Source: Catajapyx aquilonaris (Eukaryota). Taken from it: a stretch of 48,105 nt of DNA. Shown here one piece after another: positions 1-10,200 of the stretch. Numbering within the stretch: the stretch's first letter is position 1; every line of letters starts with the position of its first letter. The DNA lies in assembly GCA_000934665.2 (NCBI GenBank), contig JYFJ02002969.1, forward strand, positions 1 through 48,105, in the 5' to 3' direction. The notes beneath the pieces were generated by a model that searched no databases, was not told the origin of the DNA, and saw only the letters and a program-made list of their open reading frames with translations. The position numbers and the translations under genes were made by a program.

Positions 1-592
1 CCCCAACCCACTAAACTCCAATGGTTCTTCCAACGGTTCCCGATGGCATTTCCCTCGCGGGAGCCTCTACCCCCAATCGGCCTTATCTGGGCCTCCTAAA
101 CATAGGGCCCCGGACAAAACAGTCCGCAGACGAATCGGAAAGACCACTTTGGCCGTATTTCCACATCTCCGGCTTCTGCTGCTGCCTCTACCCAGCGCAA
201 GGACTCTTGATGGTAAAGCCCTGACCCGCACTTACTCCTCATTACTATTGCACGGAGGCCTATTCGGGGCATAAAAAGAATCGGGCCAAGTCAACTGATG
301 TCACGGGGAAAAACTTTCTCCCCCCGAAGCAAACGGCGGCAGGCCCTTGTTGACATGACAGTCAATAGGAATTGGGTCTCAAAAATTTCACGGCCTCCAA
401 AAGATTCCCCGAAAAATTGACGTGCACCACCCACAAAAAGGAGGATTCGACTCGGAGGGCAATAACAAATGTGGCAACGCCGGATAGAATTCACCTGCTC
501 AGGAAGAACTAGACATATATAAAGCCAGATGGCCGCCCGGTAAAAGGTGCGTATGTTGTATAATTTACACGTGTGCTTGGGTTAGTACTCAC

Positions 593-738
593 CAGTCTTC
601 TCTTTGGCTTGATGAGCGGTCGGTTCTGGCCGTTCATTTTGTAGTAGAGACCGCAGGCGTTGCAGAGGTAGTGGCCTGTTCCGTCGCGGCGCCAGAGAGG
701 CGTCGACGTCGCGCCGCAGTTGACACATTCCCGACCTT
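593..738 (-). CDS. grn: GATA1/2/3 (grain-like) coding exon 4: N-terminal C4 GATA zinc finger
   Basis: Translates (E)[48 protein letters not shown], a CX2CX17CX2C GATA123 N-finger (YYKMNG as in insect grain; vertebrate GATA2/3 have YHKMNG). Acceptor ccttccAG at 740-739, donor GTGAGT at 592-587; 146 nt, phase 1 to 0. Gene is 3'-partial; no second finger seen in 1-592. Confidence 0.98.
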
Positions 739-2868
739 CTGGAAGGCGGACAGGGACGCCGTCACTTATCTGCCGCGACTCTCGCTTTCCACAAAAGTGA
801 TTTTTAAAAGGCAACAAACAACGAAAGGAATTCAGAGACGCCGTGACGTCACGAAACACAACTGTAACCATCATCGAATACCCATTAAAGGATAATTATA
901 GTTAAGGTGTTTATTTGACCTCGCACGTTGGACAATCGCAAAGTGACACAGCGTCTCTGAATTCCGGCCCAAAATACGCCACAAACAATGTACAACCAGC
1001 TACGACGACACACTTTCGCTTCACAATAATTAAACAACAATAGATGCGACACAAAGATGCTTTCTTTGAAAATTAATACTATTAGTTGGAAAAATGGAGC
1101 TGCAAAGTTGGTGACTTCAACGCGGGATGAATCATGAATATTAATGGAGTGGCTAATATTATTATGGCAAAACTAGGCGCCAATAAACATGCAATTACAA
1201 CCAGTTGATTAAGGAAAAGTTAGATGGTATTAGAAGAGAATATGGCGCAATGCTCGTGCTTTTTTTTAGCGCGGCCGTGGGTGTAAAGTTTGCAGCAAGA
1301 GAGGGAAAATCTGCTCCTCTTATGTACGACTACAGTTATGGAGCAATTAACAAGGCTGCGCGTCAGACCCAGTTTCGTTTTCTGCAAATGGAACCAACTA
1401 CTATAATCCAGCCTTTTTTTTCCAACAGTCACGGATTTAAAGCAATAAACTTGGGTCTCCTTAAATAAAAAAAGAGAGTTTCTCAGAATCCAATAGAATC
1501 GACTCGCCTTGAAGGTCAGGCCTTTCAAGTGCAGCTTGCAATATCGGATCTCGATTGTTAGAAAAATGGTCATACGTAGTACAGACACACACACACAAAA
1601 AAGCAAAACGTAAAACAAAGAGAACAGCGCTGCAGGAGGAATGGTAAGACTCGCTCAGCTTGCTGCTTGCCATGCATATGAGAGAGCGCACATATATACA
1701 CCAAGACACACACACACACACATAAATAAAGGAGGCGCGCTTCCTGTAAGGCAGAAGGTTACGGCAGGGCGAAAACTATATCGCCAATTAAGCCCACGAA
1801 AAGGTCCCAACTGGCTGCTCAAGGGTGAAAAAAGGCAAGGCGAAAGCTACCCAACACCAAGCAAAAGTCATAACCAAAAGGCAGTGTACTGTATATGAAG
1901 TGCGCCTTTAAATAATAAAAAAGGCCGCTAGATGGCCAAACGAGAGGGCTGACATCTACCGGCGCGACACTCGCACCAGGTGCATGTCAACCACGGCCGA
2001 TACACAATTACGTGGCCGCTAATTAATGAGACGAGTCCATGCGATTAGGCGGCGGGGCAAACAATTAGGCGTAATCTTATCAGGGTGAGGTTACAGAGCT
2101 GGAAGAACATGGGGGCTCGTCTTTTTCCGAGCTGATCCGATCATATCGCTCCGGCAGCGATTTCAATGGGGGCTCGAATACCACTGGCGGAAAGAAAAAA
2201 AAAAAAACAACCCATCGGGTGATGCCACCCACAGATTGCGTACCGTTTGTTTTTTAATTGAATCAAGAAAGACAATGGGGTTCGATTTAAGGAAGGCCCG
2301 CCGCACGCCTCGGAAACATACTGGGTGCCATTGACACTGTGGAAATTGCAACGGACCTGCTCGTGTATAATAATTACATTCGGAAAAAAAAATCGGTTTG
2401 CACATCAATTGCGTTAAGTATATGGCGGCAGCTGGTAAATTAATTATGCGAATTGCAGCAGTTTCTCAGTGGCATTGAAGACCTAATTACGGCCAGGTGT
2501 TGGAACGACTAGGGGTATATAGCATACAGTACACGTGCAGCTAGCACTAACACAATATACGTGACAAGGTTTAAACATGCGCAAGGAAAGTGAGTTAAAA
2601 ATTTTAGTGTGTTTTTGAGAGAAAGGAGCAGATATGAGAGGAGTGGTTTTATGAAGGAGCTCAAGTGCGTTGAAGGTACGAGGAAACCTCCCAACAAGAG
2701 AAACGCCCAGAGACCAAACCAATGAGAGAGATGGGATTATATACTCCAAACGACACTGTACTTGCTGCCTGCCCTTCTTTTGCCTTTCAATTTTGTCGTC
2801 CCATACAGGGTAATCTGTTTTCGGTGCGATTGTTGAGGCGACGTCTTCACCCCCGGGGTGACAACAAA

Positions 2869-2901
2869 AGAGAAGAGAGAGAGAGAGACAGAATGAGAGA
2901 G
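2869..2901. repeat. Imperfect (GA)n microsatellite
   Basis: agagaagagagagagagagacagaatgagagag. Confidence 0.75.
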
Positions 2902-3945
2902 GTAAACACGACACTTGCGGACGTCGCTGGCTTGGGCATCGAAGCAAGGACCCCCCGCCGAAGTAATCTCTTCTGTCAACGGGCCTTCTTTTCATCCGCT
3001 TTCCATGCCATTGCTCCACGGCAACAATGCGAATCAACACGGCCACTTATACAACCCTTCTCCTCGAGCTAATCGTCGCGACAATGCGACAACAATACGC
3101 GCTTTGAATTATTAACAAGGGTTGGTGCTATCAGTCTAATAATGCTGCGGACATCTTCCTCTTTATCACATTGAAAATCTCAACACTGGGAAGCTTGTCC
3201 GAAACATTATTTGGCCGAAATGTGCAGCTGCAATAATTAGTTCGGACATGACTCTCGTCCCCAACAACACCGTGCTCTCTTCTAATCAGCCCTCCTATAC
3301 ATATAAGTACAGCGTGTATGCAGCACTGCCTGTCAAAGAGGCACAGGGTGTAAAACAAAAAAAAAGGCTTTTTCTAAACCAACATAAAATGAAACGACGT
3401 GTGCAGCAGGAGTTGAAAGAGACAAGGGCAGCAGATGTACAGGCTCTTACATTACATAACACGGCACTGCTGTGCAAGCCAATCATATAGAGAAAAAGAG
3501 ATAGAGAGAGAGAGAACAGAGGCATGATGTCCGGGACAGCGTGTGTGTGTCCCGGAACCTGTCCGGTGGCATATACAGTGTGTACAGGAGTGGCAGTACT
3601 ACGCAAAAGAATCCGAAAGTGCAATGAGGACCCATTGCATTTCCGTCAATTCTTTTTGCGTGGTACGGCAGCAGATTAGGTGGCAGCTGAAGGGAGAGCA
3701 CCGGTGCAGTTGGAGCAGTGAGACAAACAATGTGAGTGGCGGTGTTAGTATAACAATAATAGCGGAGTGAGCGGTGAGACCAAGAGTGAAAGAAAATGGT
3801 TAATTCTATTAGTAGTGTCCCTATATTAGTATATACTATAGAAGGGGGGGTCGGTCTGCAGCTATTAGTGGTTTGGTGGGGGTGGGTGAGGAGACCCAAC
3901 CAACCCACCCTGCCATGATGATCGTGTGATCAAACCTGCTCTTAC

Positions 3946-4488
3946 CGGCACTCGACCTGGACTTGGCCCTGGGCTTGGGCGCCTGGAAGGGCTTGGCGCT
4001 AAAGACGCTCGCGGCTGGGTGGAATCCGTACCCTGAGGATAGGTCACCGGGCGAGGCCTGGTGGTGGTGGTGGTGATGCGGATGGTGGTGGGCCGGGTGG
4101 TGATGCGGGTGGTGATGCGCCGGGTGATGCGGGTGGTGGTAAGGGTATCCGGCCATGGACGCGGGGGATGCGGAGGATGCGGATGAGGAGGAAGAAGGGT
4201 GGTGCGAGTTGTTTGGGTGTGCGGGGGGTGGGTGTTGGTGGCCCCCCTGGGTGTTGGTGTTGGTGGCCGATGTCGGCGGAGACACGGCGCCGTTGTAAGC
4301 GGCGGCGCTACTACCTTCCCGCTGCTTGCTGCCGCTGCAGGCGCTCAGCGACGCTCCCAGCGACGACAGCATCGCAGGGCTTGGCTTCAGGTCAGGAGGC
4401 GACGTCGACTCCCCGTGGCCGCCGACGCCCCCGTGGTTGCCGCTGCTGCCTCCTCCGTTGCTGCTACTGCTGCTCCCTGGACCTCCAC
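3946..4488 (-). CDS. grn: GATA123 coding exon 3: Gly/Ser/His-rich region ending KPRAKSRSSA(E)
   Basis: Open frame GGGPGSSSSSNGG...MAGYPYHHPHH...DLSSGYGFHP...KPRAKSRSSA. Donor G|GTAAG at 3945 joins in frame to the zinc-finger exon, giving RSSAEGREC (cf. GATA3 RSSTEGREC). 543 nt, phase 1-1. The 5' boundary (gatAG at 4490-4489) is less certain because it lacks a pyrimidine tract. Confidence 0.9.
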
Positions 4489-6738
4489 CTATCGAGCCCC
4501 CAAATTTTTGTCTCCGTTCAATCCACGTGTGCTACGAGGCTTTGCCACAATAAGTTTGGCAACGACCAGGAGACAAGCTGCTTGCATAACATTACCAGCT
4601 ACATAATTATCACATATTGACAACATGAAGGTACTCATGGAGTGCCACTATAAAGAAGTCAATTGGACTGCAATTTTAGGTTGGTATATCATTGTGCCTG
4701 ACATCCTACACAATTTCAAGAACAAGTCCTGATACTGTACATCATGTGCGACCAGTATCGACCAACGCAGCAACTTATTGGTGTGAATATATAGCATGTG
4801 CATATTAGACAAGAGTATACCGTAACGCCACCATAACAATAATATTTGTGTCGACGATTTTTTTATTATCGAGCCTTTATATGACTGGCTCCTACAATGT
4901 GCAATGTAAGAGCCTTTTCTGTTGCCCTGTTTTCTGGTGTATATACAAAGCACATCAAAAATTGCAGCAAAACAACACAACTCCGCCGCATCTCCATTTG
5001 TTGGACTGTGCACCACCTTTAGGCCTATATAATTCAGCAAGTTTTAAAAATAAAAGCATGCCCACCGATAACAAGAAGGGGGAAAAAAGGATATGCATCA
5101 GGAAAGGGACGGTGCTGTGTATAACTGCCAGCTATACTTTTTTTCCCTGCATACGCTGTACGGCAAGTAATGATGCGAGTGGGTACGTTCCCATCGAATA
5201 ATAGTTGTGGGGGGGTTGGGTGTAAGGCGTGTCTGGCAGGGCACACCTCGTTGACTGCTTTTACTACCAAACTAATGACAACCGCTGCTGCATAACATCC
5301 AATCGACTGGTAGGCAGGAGCCCCCCCCCCCCTTCACCTCCCCTTCTACTACTGTACTTATTCTGCTTCTTATATTCCCATCCAACCACGATTATTGTGC
5401 ACAATGTGAGCCCAAAGTAAAAATATGCCGGGGGGAAATTTACTGCCAGCATTTTATGGCGGCAATTATTCCCGCAGCCTTGTATTTAATACGTGTGCTA
5501 CGTATAACGTCTTTGTTGGCTACAAATTGGATAATTGGATCGGGTTAGCTCGGGATTGGAGCCCCAAGGGATTATACCATACATCGTGTATAGTATTACT
5601 TATCCGCCGATGGGCTCCCAAAATTGACTCGGATTTTATCTGCCCTTGTCCGGTGTTATTAAAGCGAAATTTTATTTTGCAAATGATGTCGTGTTTCACT
5701 CTGCAATTTTCGGGCAACTTCCTTCTTGACCGCAAATATTATGGGAAAACTTGAGAGATACTGGGCATATTATTGTTTGGTGATGTATTCAAAATTATGA
5801 AAATGCCTATTTTGTGTTAGCAGTTATTATTAGGCTACCATAGCCTGATTTGGTATCTTTTTAAACCTCTCCACTTACACAAGAAAATTAATTAGACTCT
5901 CTTGAATCATATACCTTATATGTCCCCAACAGAGACGACCCTGGTATGCGACTCAATTTATCCTATCAATTTCTGAAACCAATGCTCGCAACCAAACGAG
6001 GAATAAAAATTTTGCGACTTAAATATAACCGCTCAGACTTTTCATTATTGATTATTTTTCCACTATAATATCAGGTTTGTGTTATGTTATATAATATGAC
6101 AGGGTTCATATCAAAGCCGTCAGTTATCACGGAGTCAATTCGTATTGCCAATATACCGATAGTAAAACGATATAGCTGGCTTATTATTCAATGTTACTAT
6201 TGATTTTGGTTTTCATAATAATTTGAAATTATTACGCAGCTAGCATCAATATTCTATAGTGAAATATTTGCTAGCGAACCACCAAAATAGTACACAATAT
6301 GAAGAAATAATAACAGGACGTCCACAGCACGGCATTATTGCAGCTGACACCTGGTGCCGCCTATAAAGACATATCGCAATTTCCGGATGATATACAAATT
6401 CTTATAGCTACCTATATTTTATATTCATAACTTGCAACTCATTTTGGGGAGTCATTACATCAATAACTTCCGCCCACACTTCCGCTTCAATTTCTGATAT
6501 CAGATACTGCTTACTGAATGCTCCTGTTTGGGGGACGGAGTATAAAGACCATTGCTCGACGTGTATGAGTCTATAATTTCGAGGTGTTTGGATGAGTGTT
6601 TGGTATTGAATCGCGTAGCTTATTTTGTTATGGTGACGTCGACGTCTGTTAAAATGCAAAGCCCAGCAGCACACATTGCGACAATGACCGGATTTCATCA
6701 GTGACGAGCAGAAGAGGCATAAGTGGTGCGGCGCTTAC

Positions 6739-7212
6739 CTCCGACGAGGGATCCTCCTGGGGAGGAGACGTCTCCGGCGGAGGCTCCGGAGTAGTCCTGC
6801 TGCTGCTGCTGTTGCTGTTGCTGATGTTGTGAGACTACAGCAGCAGCGGCGGCGGCGGCGGCAGCGGCAGCGGCAGCCGCAGCCGCCGCGGACGACCCGG
6901 GTCCCGAGGAGGAGGTGGCGGCGGAGACGGAGTCCGGGGTGGTGTCCTTGGGCGGCGTGGGTGGGAAGCTGAACAGGTGGGGACTAGAGTGGGCCAGGCC
7001 CGTGGCCAGGGAGGTGGGCGGGTGCACCGCCAAGGGGCCGGGAGGGGACGGGTGGCCGGGGTGGCCCGGGGGCTTCCCTGCCCCGAAAGGACCGCACCAG
7101 CTCGCGCCGTGGGCCGGGTGGGGGACCACCGGCTTCGTGTCCGGGATCCACGGGTGGGGGTGGAGGGGCGCCGGGAAGTGCGGCCGGCACACTTGGCTGC
7201 CAGATATCCGGG
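6739..7212 (-). CDS. grn: GATA123 coding exon 2: GSQVCRPH and [12 protein letters not shown] motifs, polyAla and polyGln
   Basis: Acceptor ttttgttttgcAG at 7214-7213, donor G|GTAAGC at 6738; 474 nt, phase 1-1. (A)[12 protein letters not shown]...PW and [18 protein letters not shown] match the GATA2/3 motifs GSQVCRP/GGQMCRPH and HLFxFPPTPPK(D/E)VSPD. Confidence 0.96.
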
Positions 7213-10200
7213 CTGCAAAACAAAATTCATCATCCCATTAGAAAAGCAATATATCGCAACAAAACAAACAAGATAACAACAATCCAATGCCAGCATGTTT
7301 GCACCTCGAAATCGCGACGTCTGACTCGACTGCCCCGAGCATCGGCGCCACGGTGACATCAAACCCAAAAGCACAGCAGGTGCACCGAAAAATAAGGCTG
7401 CCCAAATAATTCATGGCTGCCTCCACTTATTTGGGATAATATGCAATCAGACGAAAGGCAGAGCAGCAGAAGAAGGGGGTACGACCTCTGACTTTTTATG
7501 TCCTCCCTCCCACTCCAGCAACTATTTTCAATTGCGATCCTGATTGCACATCATTGTTGGTGGGGCGTGGATCGGACCCCCACGGCACTTCCTTCCTATT
7601 CCTCCTTCTTGTTTCCGTGACCATTATTGCTGCCGCAAAAGGAGCCATCGCCCACTTTATAAATTTTCAACAGAGTTAATACTACGCAGATCCCGCGTTT
7701 GGCATTATTCATGGCGGGGGCCGCTTTATCACAGGTTGTTGGAATAACCAACGGAGGCCACGTCACGTATGGAAATTCGAGAGAAAAAAAGTGTAAGTTG
7801 TAAGTGTCTGGCCAGGCTGCTTGGGGATGGACTCGGCAAACACCCTTGACCAGCACTGGCCATTTTAGAAGGCCTGACAGCGCAGAAGAATGGTGGCCGG
7901 AATTGGCCCATCTATCATGCCCTGGCCAAATATTGGAACGACGCCTGCGAGGGTTTGTAGTTAGCCTAGGCCCGGTTCTACAGAGAGAAAGAGAGAAGGA
8001 AGGAAGGAATATATAGCATACACACACACACTTTCCCGCCTCCTCAATCATGATTCGAGCCTGATAAAAGGGCTGTGCAAGAGCCCCACCATAAAAAAGC
8101 CCTTCTTCGGACACGAAAGATAGCCCCAGCACCTGCTGCACACGAGCCCAACAACCTGACGTGGATCAAACTATACAAGGCTCGCCTAACGCAACACGTC
8201 ACGCCTTTATTCTCAAATTATACAGGGCTATCCAAAAGATGGGCCTGATCGCAAGGATTCGAAATCCAATCGCCCATCAGAAATTGGCGAAAAAAAAAAA
8301 TACGCCGCACGATATGTCAGCAGCAGTCCAGAGAAATATTCACAACCCGAGGTCCGTGATGGAATAACTGAGCGAAAACTATGCAATTTTTTAGACAAGA
8401 AATATGGCAGGTATGACGGCGGCGAGCCTTACTGTTTTTATACATTTAAAGAGAGGTATATTTATCTCTTATTCAGAGAAGCAATTTCACAGTTAGGCCC
8501 GTAATAAATGTATGAGTGTGAGATAAGGGGCAGCGGGCCATTAAACAAACTGTCAGCGATCACTGAGGAATCTTCAGGGCTGGAAAATCAGCGTTGGCTA
8601 CACTTTAAATCCTGCATGACCCCATCATATGTATAGCCATGGTGTATACGTACAACGGCAGCTGCGGAGGAAGGAAAAAGCCCCCCCCCCCCCCCAAAAN
8701 TGCCAGATATTTCGCATCACGCAACCCGGCATATTATTATTATCGCAATCCATATCCGCGCTTGAATAAATTGTGTGCGTAAATGTAACGCGGTTTCGGC
8801 TACCAACAAAATTCATTTTCAATATTGGGACTGAAAAGGGTTTCGGTCACTCGCAAGTTGAACGAATAGTTTCAAAGAATTTGTCACAATTGATTCGCCT
8901 CGTAACAAGCCCCCTTTTTGATTCACTAAGTTTGCAATAATAATCTGCGGGTGTATAATATAGGGAATGACAGCAATTTGGTCTGGAGAGGCAAGTGTCC
9001 CATTGTGTCCCGCGCGTGTCCAGCATGATGGGGCGATGTGATGTATATGTGGCCTGGTGCAGCAGCTCATAACGTCGAGCCTTTTCGGGGGGGCGGACGC
9101 ACATACTTCATGCTCGTCACCCAACTAGTGACACACACAACCAGCCTTATCTCCGCTAATGGCCTGGCCGGCAGTTTGGTGCAGGCACACCGCCAAAAAT
9201 AACATGAATTATTGTATACGCAGGCCATCCTATATACCTCCCCCACTGGTATTATTATTCTCTCTCTCTCTCTGAATTCACTTTCCCCTGCTTGGTCTGT
9301 CCCTGTGCACAAGACCCTCGCACACTTTGATGTCACTGCAGCACAGGCAAACTACTGTTTACCCAGTGGTTTGACGCCACTTTTCCCTTGGCAGCTGACA
9401 TGCTGCTCAACGGCTGTCATTCGCTGGCCTTCGCGCAAAACCACATAGGACGATGCACCCAACCATCAGCATTGTTGCAACAAAATTGCTCGCTGGTACA
9501 CGGGAAAAATCGTGAGGTACGTCGAGAGACTGCAATTACACACAAATTGTCATATTGTGTGTTACAAGTCGACCGAGTTTTAGGCTCCCAGCAGTGATTT
9601 AAATGAGCTAGCTACGTAATATTTTCTACAAATTCGCACGCTTCAGTTGGAGCAGGTTATTTGTAAGATGCGCGATACCACATTTTATAAACACCTTGTA
9701 GTGCAAGGATAGGTAAGGTTTAATTCGATTGGATAAGTAGTATCAATGGCTTAATTGCATTGCTCATTCAGAGACAATTATCGGGTTGCGTCGATTATAC
9801 GTAGACGCGCCCATGTGATCAATAAGAGTTCGGGATTGGACAACTTCCCTCTGCAAATACCTTGTGGAGGATGTTGATAATCAGCAATGACATTAAGCTT
9901 CTGATCAGAGGTCCCCAGAGTGTTTTCTTTGACGTGACCGTGGTAAACCAGGTGATGTCCCGAGGCGGAGAGAGGTTGGGGAATGGGCGGAGGAAGAGGA
10001 GCCTTTCCATCGTGGGACAGACAGGTTGACAGCCAGGAGAAGGAGCATTGCGCCAAGCAACCCATTAGTTTGGCGCCCCCTTCCTCATCATCTCCTCTCT
10101 CGACGTGTCGAGGAATAACTGGGATTGGTCGTCACCAGTCGCAGCAGCTGCAGCATCCCCTCCCCCCCCCTCCTCCTCTCAGGCCCAGCTAAAACATCCC

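Noticed and set aside
495..508. Possible microexon after the first zinc finger (tAG|TTCTTCCTGAGCAG|GTGAAT)
   Set aside because: 14 nt would shift the frame after a phase-0 donor, and the acceptor context is poor.
509..874. 121-aa ORF as a stand-alone single-finger GATA protein
   Set aside because: Only 593-738 is GATA-like and it is bounded by canonical splice sites; the flanks are intron read-through.
4168..4620. Several plus-strand ORFs over exon 3 (similar ones over exon 2 at 6915-7276)
   Set aside because: Antisense shadows of GC-rich, low-complexity coding exons.
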